A stretch of 64,000 bases of DNA, taken from the NCBI GenBank assembly GCA_965644295.1, contig CBFFRP010000132.1, positions 124,001-188,000 on the forward strand. The letters run 5' to 3'. The notes beneath the pieces were generated by a model. That model saw nothing but the letters and a program-made list of their open reading frames with translations. It did no database searches and was not told where the DNA came from. Below, in pieces: positions 44,820 to 58,379 of this stretch. Origin of the DNA: Paraphysomonas bandaiensis (lineage: Eukaryota; Protista; Chrysophyceae). The position numbers and the translations under genes were made by a program. The stretch's first letter is position 1, and every line of letters starts with the position of its first letter.

Positions 44820-47800
44820 TTACATAATCGATCCTGTCTTCGGAACCTTCATCCCGGGCCATTTATCCTTCGGAATTTGTGATAAAAGTTCTTTTTTAAA
44901 TTCAGTCCAATCAGTATTGGAACCCAGCATTAAAATTAACTTCTCGTCCGGAGGATAAAGGACTGCTCGCTGTCGCACTCTATACAAAAGTCTGTCATCA
45001 ATATGAAACGTCTGCAGGTGCATTTTGTGAACACAAAGAATCTCACACACGGCATCAGCCGTTACAGTTCCTAAGCTGGTACCAGAGTCAGGTAATAGGA
45101 GAGCAGCCTCACCAAACAGTTGAGGCCAGTGTAATGTGGCAATATCCACAAACTTATTCGGTACAGGGCGACCGAGTTTCCTCATTTCTTCTTCTTCTTC
45201 TCTCCGACGCTCCTCTGCCGCCTTTTCTCTGGCAACTTGGACTTTGAGTTTTGCAATTTCAACGTCCATTGCCTCTCTTTCTTCCTCACAAGCGGTCATA
45301 TACTTCATATCCGGGTGAGATTTCCGGGCTTCTTCAGAACATGGCTGAATAGTATGTCGCAGGCGGTGATGGAAAGCGTACTTCTGATCATGAGTCAAAG
45401 CTGCATCCTCTATATCCGCCAGACGGCGTACAAGGTATTGAGTGGGATCAGGGCGCTTGGTGACTTTGCATATGCCTTTTAAGATAAAGTACACACACTC
45501 CGGCTCCGCCCCTTGCTTTAGAATCACGTCGCCCTGTGAATAATGTCGTAAAGTCGACATACGAGCTAATCTGACCATTTCCTGAGGAGTAAAAGTGCCA
45601 TCACCAAATGAACCGTTCGCAATTAGTAAATCCAGCTTCTTCATAAATTCCCTCTCAAAGTGAGAGCTCAAATACTTATCAAAGGCAGAGTAATGAATGA
45701 CCATTAATTCCGAAGGTTCTGAAACCTTGCATGACATGAAACTTCCAGGTTGGAGGGATCGAGGCAACGTAGTATTAAACTTATCGCTGCTGCTGTCATC
45801 CGACTTATGCATGAGAGTACCATCGATACTAAATTCTCTAACCTCGTTTTTCATATTTCCTTCTTCGGAACACATCCTCAGAAGTCTCTCAACAAATGGG
45901 CTGTGTTTGTGTCGAAATAGAAGTGGCATTTCGCCATACGATTCATGCAATCCCACAACCGATAAAACTTTAGTTTGTTGTCCACTTTCTAAGCGGAGCT
46001 GCAATTGACCTGAGAGGACAAGAACCATAGCATCTATAGGATCATCTTGATAGAATATAGTACTCTTTGATGTTACTGTGCGATACTCTACACATGCGGC
46101 AAGTTCTAATATTTCACTGCTCGGTATACCGCCTAACACAGGAAAAACGCTTAACTCCTCAGCAATGCATTTTATCTGCTCTTGGCTTCTAAGGGTAGGT
46201 AGAGTAATCAACGCTTCTTGGAGCGGACTCAAGCGAACAAACAACGTATCGAACAGGTGGCGCTTAAATCCATTGGCGTGCTTAAAATTCTCCAGGTAAA
46301 GTGTAGTTTGCGCAGCCTCCTCCTTTTTCTTCTTCGATATATATTGATTCTTCAAGTCTTTCAAGCCAGGAAACTGATGCTCCTTTATATCTACTCGCAA
46401 GGCCTTCACCTCGTTAAAGCCATCCGATATGGACTTTAAATTGGACTTATCATTTACAGAACAGTCTTCACCAGCTCCACCGGCAGAGAGAGAAGCAGCG
46501 ACACCGGTCATGCGCCTTGTGATGTTAGGTGTCGACTGATTACTCGTTAGACGTCTAGCCCCTGGCACAATAGTAGGTCGACCAGTGTGGGTCGCATGCT
46601 GCACAGCAGTATTTTTAGATGAATGCCCCTGGGCTTCTTTGATTTGATTATTGTGTTCCATTTCCTTCAATATATGACAGTGCGCTATGGCATCAATGTA
46701 TTGGCTATTGCGACGGTATGCAAGCACTAACATTTCTCGTACATATGTATTGTTAGGTGTGCACTCAACAGCAAACTGCAAGTCTTTTAGTCCTTTCTCA
46801 TCATCTCCAAGACGGAAGTAGGACATCGCTCTATTAAAGCGAGCAATTACTATATCATTGAGGTGCCGTCGAATTGAGTCTGGACTCAATTCCATTGCTT
46901 TCAGAGCTGCTGTAAAGTCTTTGATTGCAGAAAAAAACTTTCCTCTTTCATACTGAACAATGCCCCGGCACATTGTTGGTATATGGGACTGCTTACACAC
47001 CAGTATTGCTTTGTTAAATGCTTTAAAGGCAAGATTTAAATCTCCAGCTTGTTGGTGCTTTATCCCAATAACTAAGTGCTCCCTCTCACCCGACCCTATG
47101 CGCCTGTTCTCTAGGCTGACCAAAATAAGCTTAGCAGTACCGGGGTCAGGTTTTGCCGTTGAAGCCATATCACGTATCAATCTTCGTGCCTTCAAGCGCG
47201 CCTTTGCGCCGACAATGATGTTTCCAAATTGAAGGCCACCTGCTGATCGAAGAGCCGCAACAAGTCGCATTGAACCCCCTGTTCTCTTCCCCTCATCATC
47301 ATGAGAAAAATCCTCGGCAATTCCACGCCAATCTCTAATTACACTCAATTTCCCCGCAATCATTTCTTCTTCACTTTTGACACATCGTGACTTCTCTTCG
47401 GTAGTATGTGGTCTTATAGATCTAGGTGACACTGCATTACTCCCGTTACGACTCCCTGGACTTGAGTTGTTAGCTTCCGCAAGCGCACTCAACTTTCGTT
47501 TAGTATGCTTCAGCTCGTGCAAAAATCGCCGTCGGTTTCTTCCTGTTGCAAAATATCTTTGAGGTGCTGTCCATCGAACTGTTGTCGGAACATTCTTAAC
47601 ATCCAAATTTTCGTCTTTCCTTGTTGCGGTGGAATCCTGGGCATTGACAGCGTGTTATAATAAATATAGCACATATATAGTTGACTAATACCGTCAAAAC
47701 TCTTTTGACAGCATCCAGCTCAAGAGTTCCAGTTTCATCTATTACCGAATCTACAACAGCGTACACCTATTGAACCCAAAACAGTCGATGAATTTTACCG

Positions 47801-49452
47801 ACCTTCTTTAACTTTTGCTTTATTAGTGTTCCACGGTTTATCGTGCTGATGATCGACATGTCCTGGACCAAATTTATGTTGAGTGTGGAGAACCTTCCAG
47901 CAAGCCATTGCAGCACGCTTATTCAATCCCCCGACAGATGTGGGCTTTGTCATGTCAGGCCGTGGTTTTTCTACAAACGGTAAAATATCAGATCCGAACA
48001 TGGTAGCCTCAGTTCCGTCGGATGCCACAGAGCCCTCTCCTGTGCATGGTACAAATACGTTTAGCTGTGACAACGACGTGTTTCCAACAACTCACCTATT
48101 ACATTGTTGATTTTCAATTTGGGGCGAGTCGATTCATCCATAATATTACATGAATCAGATCGATAGAAGCTACACCAACACGTTACAAAAAAATAGTAAG
48201 CAGTGGTCATACTTTTTAAGTTGGGCAACACGCCGTGTCGGGCGATCAAACGAGTCACTGTCCTCCTCCGTGGCAAGATTTGCCTGCTTTGACCGACTGC
48301 CTCCACTGCATACACAACAAACATAAGGGATGTACAAACACAGTCAAATTGTCGACGCACATATCCTCCTCAGAATCACTGTCACGAGCGTGGTGTCCGC
48401 TCTCACTATCCTTAAGAATGCTCTTGATTATCATCTTGTCCAGAGTTTGCCTCTCCTTAATATCGTTGTGTTTCGATGCCCACGAGTGTTGATACCGTGA
48501 TGTCGTGTAATTGCGTTTCCTTAGATTCTTCATATGCAATGCTCGTAGCTCCACAATACTCTCCGGGTGAAGTTCTGCCCCAGTGCTGCAGTCAATTGGA
48601 TCTACATCGTACACCCCTGACGTCCTTCCCAAGGAATCCTCAGGGTTAATGCTGTCGTCTTCATCATCATCATCTTCTTCATCATCATCATCGCTTTCCT
48701 GCAACCGCCGATGTTGCGGTGCTCTCTCATCTTCAAATATATTTAAATGAGGATACTTTATATTTTTGTGCTTTTTCCTGAGAGTGTCATACGCAGTTTC
48801 TACTGCTGCTCTTCTGTGCAGCAGATCAACAACAGCGGAAAAGAATTCATGAGGCGTAACTGGATTTGTGAGGAGAACATCATAACCACCCATAGAAAGC
48901 AGATGATTTTTTATATCTTCATCAGTGTGTTCTGGTACCAATATGACAACAGGAATACTTGGTAGACGTCTGGTCTCCTCACTCTTTGCCCTTTTATTCA
49001 ACACCTCCAGGAGTTTTAAAGTTGTATGATCCAGGTCTGCGGCCAACTACACCCATACAAAGTATTATGTAAACCTTAATTTTAACAGTTATACTAACAA
49101 TATCAATTCCGCAACTGTCTGTCCTCGCAGCATCCTTGTGAAGAGCCCTGTCAAATGTATTAACACAACACAGAACCACATGCAAGCGCACACACCTAGT
49201 TGCATCCTTTAACTCGGTAGCCACATATAGTTTGTTTAGTTCCAAACGAACAGCCTTCCCCATATTCAAGCTGTAGTAATACAGTGTAAACATTATATTA
49301 ATGGATACATAAGACCGTTACCTATTTTTATCTCTCGAATACAGCAGCATTGTGGACTTGTGCACCACTCCTAGTCTTCGCAAATACTCTAGTTCGAAAA
49401 CCATATCTGCTTTAGTGATGGAGGTCGCTGATTCGCTGTCCGACACGTGCAT
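44820..49452 (-). CDS. Large multi-exon protein: receiver-like domain, acidic linker, TPRs and two cNMP-binding (CAP/Crp-type) domains
   Basis: ORFs 48255-49046, 47795-48073 and 44820-47606 can be spliced in frame through short GT-AG introns. TPRs (RGIVQYERGKF..AIKDF; FNRAMSYFRLG) and cNMP folds (IFYQDD..VLSG..YGE; ILKQG..ILKG..FGE). Confidence 0.7.
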
Positions 49453-49933
49453 TTCAATCCTTTATAAGTACAGGCGTTTCAACTTAGGGGAAATATAGTT
49501 TCAGAACAGATCTAACAGCATCATCATGTGGACTGTCTCCTAACCACTCTGTCACTGGGATTATAGTTATAGTTGGCACGATATCTCTGTGTGCTGCTGC
49601 TGTCTTCAGTCCTGCTCGTGTGAGAAGTGAAGTCCGCTCAGCTGAACTGAAGAAGTAAGTTACAACGAAGGAGCGAATTCAGTGCTTGTCTGTACATACA
49701 TTTAGGTATACAGCAGTATTCTAGTAATACATATACTGTATATGGATTGGAATACAATGTAGTGCTGTGTGCTGTATGAATACCGCTGTATATGGTGCGT
49801 ATGCACATCCCCACTTACATGCCTCTGCACTGCTGCTCTGCCTGCATGTGAGTGAGTGACAAGACTATCAAAGGCAATTAGACAGACTATTACCTATTGC
49901 CCTGTGAATAGCCGCAGCATTGATATTTGCAGT

Positions 49934-50715
49934 ATGTCCGAGCTTTATTATTCAGAAGGTGCGTTCATATCACGTTCTGTTTTTCTAGCATATGTAATTC
50001 GATTGTTTCAGATACTCCACAGAGAATATACTGGGATCGTAAATATTATTCTTCATTTGAGGAGCAAGTCGAAGCGTTGCACGGGTCTAGCACTCTATAC
50101 ATTGGAAACCTGTCATTTTTTACTTCTGAGCTACAAATTCATGAAACGTTTTCAAGGGTGGGCCCTGTCAAGCGCATTATTATGGGGTTGAATAGGGAGA
50201 GTAAAACACCGTGTGGATTTTGTTTTGTTGAGTATTATACGCATGAACATGCACGTGAATGTCTGAAGTTCATCAATGGTACAATGTGTGATGACCGAAA
50301 AATTCGCTGTGAACTCGATGGGGGGTTTAAACAAGGTCGTCAGTTTGGGCGCGGTGTATCCGGTGGACAAATTCGTGACGAAAGGCGGACGGACATAGAT
50401 CTTGGGCGTGGGGGGGTGTTGAAGCAGGACCCTGCACCTGTACTCGGAAAGAGAAGGACAGGCGATAGAGATGGGGGTCACCAATCCTACCGTGAGAGAG
50501 ATGACAGAAGACGTTCTGATAATCAAGGTCAAGTGGATGCTTTTGGACGTGACAGAGAAAGAACCACGAGCGACCATGTGGATGGTGGCTCAACAAGTAC
50601 AATGGATATTGGAAATACTTCCGATTACGCACAAGAACGCGAGGACGGTGACAGACCTCTGAAAAATCCTCGATTCAGAGAAGAAAAAGACGATGAGCAT
50701 GACGACGAAGACTAG
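49934..50715 (+). CDS. NCBP2: Nuclear cap-binding protein subunit 2 (CBP20), 2 exons
   Basis: SSTLYIGNLSFFTSE, KRIIMGLN, TPCGFCFVEYY and GRQFGRGVSGGQIRDE. Intron 49959-50011. Confidence 0.95.
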
Positions 50716-52056
50716 TTGTTACTTGTGTGTATTTAATACGCTTCTGATGTTGTCGGAATTGTGGACTAAGTACTAAACGTATATACTTTTGCCTCTCATA
50801 AAGTTGAATGGCTTCACTATAGTCTGACAAGTTTTGGTAGCACGCAATTCACAGAAATGTTTAGTAGTCAACTGCTTGAGGCACATTCGTTCTATTTCTT
50901 GGTTACCTTCACTTGTTCTGAAAACGAACTGTTCATATTTAATTGTGTAGTAAAACACCACACCGCAAAAGGGTATCATGACAGAGAAATTGGAGTATGA
51001 ACTATTTGTTCTCTCAGTTCCTCAGTGCGGAAGTTAAAAAGTATATGTAGTTTAGTGCATCTAGCAGTACTTCGTATAGCTGTATGTCGTAATCTTAGAT
51101 CTGCAATAGTAATAACGTTGAATAAGTATATGGCAACTGTATATGAGTAACAGAAATAGCATAAAGTAAGAGTACCAAACTATAATATATTTTTATTATG
51201 ACAATTTAATCGAGTATGGATAGGGACTTCACTACCAATTTCAAAGAATTATACTTGCTCGTATGAAGCCCTCAATGATGCTCTGTATAGCTGGTATCAC
51301 CAGTAAGATATAGCGGTATCTCTATTCCCTTAAGACGTTTCTCTAGGCCCGGTAGATGGGTATCTTGCATTTAGTCCGTATAGCTTTATGTGTAGCTTTG
51401 GACCATTGTTGCATCGCGAGTATCTCATGTCACTAGAACCAAGCCCTCTAGTTCAGTACTAGCATATGATCCACGTAAATGTATTTTAAAATTATATCAC
51501 CAAAGAGTGTTTCGTCTAATAATCAGAGGTGGTACCATGTCCAGTATTGTCTTCAGTTGCACGTATCCGTGGTTAATGCTGATAAATTTCCGTGCACGAA
51601 ACGTATAGACAACTATATAAGGCAGTTGTGCGATGAACACGCATCATTATCTGTTGTATATACCTTGAGGAAGGCACAGCATCGGAATTACTACTAGAGT
51701 CGTAGCACAGACGACCAGAAGCACCATCATGTCCCTCAAGCAGCAGTTCCATAACTGGAAGAGACAAAAACACCACATCTTAAATTATCGCTAAATTCTG
51801 CTGCTGATATATAAAAAACGACATTTTTCTTATTTTCAGTGCCAAGAATAATACCACCAAAATTTCCCTTTAGTTCCTATTCTTATTGTTGTGCTCGCAG
51901 TACTGCACCAGTTACAGTACTGGCACTGTATACAGTATACAGCAGTACATGAGCATGCATGAGAGAACTGAGATTACACTGAGATCAAGAACTCACAGTC
52001 ATTACGAACAGAAGCCGATGAAATGTGAAGTAGTATTGAAATAATTACTATCGCCG

Positions 52057-55000
52057 ATGTCCCACTTAGAGTTGCAGAATTGGTACTGGCTGCCTGATAA
52101 TGAGGTCAGACATCTGCATATGTGTGGATGATACATAGCTGTAGACATGATATATATATGAAGCCATACACTATCCTTGTGAAATTTCTCATCTCTTTTA
52201 TTAGGAACACATTCTCCCTGCTTTTCTTATTGATGTTTCTTCTGTTGGAGCCACGTTTCGCCTTGAGAATGGAAAGGTATGCTTGTCTGTTGTGGTCGTA
52301 GGGTTAAAGTGACTAGTGCTCGCGCAGGAGATTCGCCGAAGTGGGGATCAACTCAAAGGCATTCAATTACTGGATAGCCAATGTCTTGATTCGTCAATAT
52401 CGAACCTTATAGAACTTCACAATTTATCAGAGAATGCTGTATTGCATATTCTGAGGTGTCGGTTCCAGGAAGACCTGATATATACGTTCGTATCCAGTAT
52501 TCTTGTGGCCGTAAACCCCTTTCGGAGTCTACCTATATATGATATTGAAACTATAGACCGTTATCGCAATGTTCAAGACAAGAAAAACCTACCACCCCAC
52601 ATATTTAGAACAGCGGATGAAGCATACAACGCCCTGGTGCGTAACTATACATCTCAGTCTATTGTCATAAGTGGGGAATCGGGTGCGGGAAAAACCGAGT
52701 CTATTAAGCTAATACTGAAGTATATTGCCCACATATCGCGTCGTGGTGATAACAGCAATATTGAGGACCATATTCTTAAGGCTAATCCTGTAATGGAGGC
52801 CTTTGGGAATGCAAAGACTGCCCGTAACAACAACAGGTAGTTAGCCTCACCATTCGATAACTTCCAATTCACTGATGCACAAAAAATAGCTCCAGGTTTG
52901 GCAAGTTAATCACCTTGCGCTTTTCAGGTGGATCAATCGACGAAGCGGGTATTGTCAGGTTCGTGTGTTCGAATGTCACCCTGTTTTCTGGCTCTTACAT
53001 GTGTTGATGTACCAGCTACTTGCTGGAGAAGTGTCGTGTGGTGAGTCACCAGCCGGGAGAACGTAACTACCACATATTTTATCAGCTTCTCGCTGCGATA
53101 GATGAAGATCCTGATTTTGCAAATTGTCTTGGGATCTCCAATCCACGCGTTGACTTCCATTACGTGCGTAGAGATGAGATCGGGTCTGTGAGGGGAGTAA
53201 ACGAACTTGAGGCCTTCACTGAAGTGCAACAAGCTATGGAGGCAAGTCTGATTTAGCTATCATAGACCTGGTGTGATGTCATGTTGTATAGGTTCTTGGT
53301 ATAGACAATGCCCAGCGTTACAGTATTAGCAGAGTAGTTGCTGGCGTGCTGCTACTGGGGAATATAGGTGACACCCCATGTAGACTTTTCTTGTTACCAT
53401 AATTTTTTGATCAGAGTTCTACCCCGCTACAACCTCTGGTGATGCCGCTGCAAAAATCAGCAACCTAAGTGACCTTGAGGTGATCTGCAACCTCTTAGGC
53501 CTTAATTTGCGGGAAATGCAACGCTGTCTCACCTCTCGGAACTTTGGTGTGAGGAGCATCGTCACTTGCATGTTTACTGTAGCCCAGGTATGAATTCGCC
53601 ATGTTTGTTCAATTGTGTAAAACATTGATGTGGATGTTTGTGACCTGTAGGCTGCTGATGCCCGAGATGCATTTGCGAAGAAGCTGTATGCCATCCTGTT
53701 CGATTGGCTAATTGCTGTTATCAATGACAGTCTCAAGTCAAAGGTAAGATAAATCACTCGACATCACGGTATCTGATAAATCTATAGAGTTCGAAAAAGT
53801 CTTCTGTATTTATTGCAGTACTTGATATTTTTGGCTTTGAAGCATTTGAACACAACAGGCAAGAGAAATTTACGATTTTTTTTTAAAATAAGACTTAACA
53901 ACATTCATAGCTTTGAGCAGCTACTGATCAACTATTGCAATGAGAAGTTGCAATTTCATTTTAACAATCATATATTTTTGTAAGTGTGACTGATATAATT
54001 TTGCATAGTTTTGCTCTGATATTTGTCGCTAGAATGGAGCAGACTGAGTATGCACGGGAGGGAGTCGATGTTGATGTGATAACGGTAACCATTGTGGGCT
54101 GTGAGATATGAAATAATGATGAAGTCTTGCAGTATATTGACAACAGTATGGCGCTTGACCTGTTGGAAACGCGGCATACTGGCATACTGTCAATGATTGA
54201 CGAAGAAATTAACATGCCTAAGGGAACTGATGAGACTCTTTTGAACAAAGTGTTCAAGACACATGGAAAGCACGAGAACTTGAAAAAGTAAAGTTGCTCA
54301 TCGTTATTGCCTATGTTTTAATTGCTTGTAGGCCATCTCCGAAAGGCGACCCTCAATTTCGGAATAAATTCATTGTGTCTCATTATGCTGGTGATGTTTC
54401 TTACAGTGTTGTGGGATTTCTGGACAAAAACAAGGTTACTTTACAAAAACAATCATGCGGTGGTCAATTATTTATGCCTTTCTGTAGGATGCAGTGTCGA
54501 TAGACCTCGTCAATATCGGTTTGTTGTCAACCGACCCCTTTGTACAAGGCTTGTTTGCGGTATTGTGGATGTATGTCATTTGTTGCGCGGTAACATTGTT
54601 CAATGGTAGGCTGAGGGGGGTGATATGTGCGTGGGCAGCAGTAGAAGTAGGTCTGCTTCACAAGGAGCACAAAAGAAAACACTGGGTGGGCAATTCAAGG
54701 CCCAACTGAACTCGCTGATTGAGACTCTTAATCAAACTGAGCCGCACTTTGTAAGATGTATGAAATCTAACATGCAAAAGCTTGGAAACTCATTCGACAG
54801 CAAAGTAATGCTTACTCAATTGAGGTATTCCGGATTGATAGAAGTATGTCGAATAAGACAAAATGGGTTTCCCAATAGAATAACCCACGAGCGGTTCATG
54901 AAATCTTATTGGATGTTTTGCCCGTCGGCAAGGACTCTAGCTGAGTTGGTAAAGGCTATGGAGGTGGAAGGGTATTTCACTCCAGATCAGTACTTTATTG

Positions 55001-56633
55001 GTACAACGAAAGTTTTCCTCAAGTACGAAACAGGACTACTTTTGGAGCAAGCTCGAAACTGGGCTGCCGGGGAGAGTGCAACTAAGTTCCAGCGAATTAT
55101 TAGGGGGTGGCTCTGTCGTAGGCGGCTTCAGAAGATAAGAAAGGCTCTAAAACATTTAAAGCGCGCTATTCCGACCCACGATAAATTTGCCATCGAAGAT
55201 GCAGTTGCGATGTCAAACAAGTTCCTTCCTAACAGAGGATTGCACATTGGTATTGTGATGGAGGCTAGGGCGATGCTAAATCGCATGAATGAAGAGGAGC
55301 ATGCGGTAGCAATGCTTGAAAATGCAATGCAGCATATGGACTTGGAGTTGTTAGAGAATGCGGTTCGCCATGCACGTGGCATGAAGCCCCCACTTTCCAG
55401 CCCACTTGTCAGGGACTGCATGAATGCAGTGAAGCAAGTGAAGTCGAATATACATTCCATGGTTTCAGACTACAACCGCAATAACTCAAGTCAGCCATCC
55501 AGCCGTGGTACTTCCCCTCCCCCCCCTCCACCTCCCCGCCCCCCTAGCCAAAATACCACAGCAACGCATCTCCCGCAGAACTCTAGCCATCCGTCCGGCT
55601 CAGGTGTGACATCTGTCCCACCTCCCCCGCTACCATCGAAACATTCCCCTCCGCCAATGCCAGCTGGATCCAATGGACCAAATTCTTCCGAATCACGGTC
55701 CTGGGGTGGTTCATCACAAACAAACTCGCATCCCGACCCTCCTCCACAACAACCACATGTAGATCACAATGTATCACAGCATCAACCGTCAGATACCTCA
55801 CAGAACACTTGGAACCACGTGGAAGCGCAGCCACCATCTTTTGTATCAGTGGCATCTCGCGCGAAGGCATTCGAGACGAAGACTGTCCGACCACCACATG
55901 TCAAGACCACACGTCCTGACTTTTCGTACCATCCTCCCCTTTTCTCACCTTCCGCTGACGATGCGCCCCCTCCTCCACCACCTCCCCCGCCTAGACGGGG
56001 CATTGCCAGACAGGAATCGAGGTCCATGTCTCCGCCGAGGTCTGGGCGCATGATTCAGCCATCTACCCCAAGGGCATATTCTCCACCGCCTGCGTTGGAG
56101 ACGCAAGACTTTTTTGAGCAGTATAACGAGCCGCTTCCACCCCCAAGACAGTCTGGTGTTAGAACATCTCTTTTGACTCGACAGCTTTCCAAAGAAGAAA
56201 TATCCACCATGTCAATGCTTCATTCATTGATTGCGGATCTTGTTGATCGTTCCGCACTAGAGACAGGCATCACTGACGATGACATTTTACCGTTAGAAAA
56301 TATGCTCAGAGAGCTCTCCGACTGCGGTAGTTCAACAACTCAGCAAATGTCGGACCTCATGATGGCGAAGGAAGAGTTATCGAGAGCCAAGAAACAATTA
56401 GCTTTACAACGCACCCTCCAGAGTGTGAAGCCGCAAACTCCGCAGTGGAAAATTCGAAATCTGCTAAACCAGGCTACTCAATTGGGAATGGAAAATTACG
56501 GAGGTAAATAATTCATCCCTGAATGTAAACTGAGCTGATGGTTTCTTTCGGATGTGTAGGTGTGCTTCATATAAAGAAACTTCTTAAAGAGAAGGAAAGG
56601 AAAGAAAAGCGACCCAGTGTTAACATTAGATAG
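52057..56633 (+). CDS. Myosin heavy chain: motor, one IQ, helical and proline-rich tail; intron-rich
   Basis: [75 protein letters not shown] and [11 protein letters not shown]. Confidence 0.92.
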
Positions 56634-57350
56634 AACAGTTTATTAGGATACGTGCACCAGCTGTTGCTATTGTTGGCATGGATGAGAGCAGCGCAATTGT
56701 ATTCCGTAATTTTTGTATGTGAAGTACTTATCAATAAGTATCTAATCGGAAATGTATTCGGCATATTCCTTAACTAAGTCATCGTGAAGCTACAACTTTA
56801 GCGTATTTTCTCTATCCGAATGAATGAGTGGAAGAATACAGAAGTGGTTAACTGTATTATGAGAACTAATGTCATGATAGCAATCATAGTACTGAAACTG
56901 AAATATATTGACCTTATAAGAACGCGATATCTAAGATTGTATGGAAGTGTTTGGTAGTTGAGACAATATGAATTTAGCGATTGACAGTGAAAGACAAGTT
57001 TATTATAGATCATAAGTTTATTATATGATACTATATGTTTCTAACTTATATTATCAGCATAGAGTGAAAGTATTGTTCAGTTATTTCATTTTCTAACATT
57101 GAATGTATGGGGTATAATAGGGTATAGCTTATCTCCCCACAGAACCGCTTTCATTCAAACAAGCAGTGGTCCCCATACTCTTAATTACGAACGACGACAA
57201 CCAAAAGGTGAGAGAAATGAAGCAGATCAAACTTAAAGGGGTAAACTAACTTTGCTGGAGGTCTTACCCAAAGCGGCCCCTATACCGGTATAGCCCGTTA
57301 GAGGTACACGAACTCAGGGCCTGGTAACCATGAATGGCCCATTATTGGTA

Positions 57351-57910
57351 GTCCAGTTCCCGGCAATTATAATGGCTTTAATGAAAAATGTCCTGGCAAT
57401 TATAATAGCCGTTAATGGCTATTAATACCTACTAACTTAGAGTAGATAATACCGCTCATAATAGATAGTGTTGTGCTCCCTTAATTACTAATTTTTAATT
57501 AAATAGCACACTACGAATTGTAACTACTTCTCGCTCTCTACTGGCACATCAGGATCTTCTCGCAGGGCTTCATGGAGGTTGTAAGCATCCCACAACATGT
57601 AATCGGAAATAGCAACAATTCTAGACGATATGGATTCATGTTTCTACTCTTAGGTGTGATAACCAACTTTGCACGACTAATCCATGAAGCCCTGCAAGAA
57701 GATCCTGATGTGCCAGTAGAGAGCGAGAAGTAGTTAACATTTGTAGTCTGCTATATTTAACTAAAAATTAGTAATTAAGGGAGCACAACACTATCTATTA
57801 TATGAGTGGTGCTATCTACTTTATGTTAGTATGTATTAATGGCCGTTAATGGCCATTATAATTGCCGGGACATTTTTCATTAAAGTCATTATAATTGCCG
57901 GGAACTGGAC
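57351..57910. mobile_element. 560-bp foldback/MITE with about 225-bp TIRs, flanked by TA
   Basis: GTCCAGTTCCCGGCAATTATAATG... versus ...CATTATAATTGCCGGGAACTGGAC. TA at 57349-57350 and 57911-57912. Internal repeats of GGCAATTATAAT. Confidence 0.9.
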
Positions 57911-58379
57911 TAAGAGCCTCTCAACAACATTTGATTGTGCTTCAATGTGAAGCAAGCAGCGAACATGTTTTACTTTTATTGATTATAAATCTGCATATGC
58001 AATTGTGAGACCGATGATTTATTACATTACAAAATACAGAAATTTAGTACTTTTGACTTGGCCACGGTAATGAAAAGCAAAACCCAGTACGTATACAATC
58101 TTCTATATATATATAAAAATAGCTCTATCGATTACACTCAAAACGTAATGAACCTGTGATAGCAGGCAAAGCAAACACCTTTATTTATGCACAGAGAGTA
58201 CTGTCCTAATATATGAACAATGCAGTATGACAAATCACCTTCATATCATAGAAAGCAACAGAGATAATAACTCCAAGAATACAGTACATGCAATACAAGA
58301 GAGAAAGACAAAACTAAAACTATGGTTTTAATAACATAATATAAATATTAATGTTGTGGAGTTGCTCAGAAGGGAATTT

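Noticed and set aside
48255-49046. Stand-alone response regulator gene
   Set aside because: In-frame splice sites connect it to the downstream TPR/cNMP exons, so it is treated as one gene pending cDNA.
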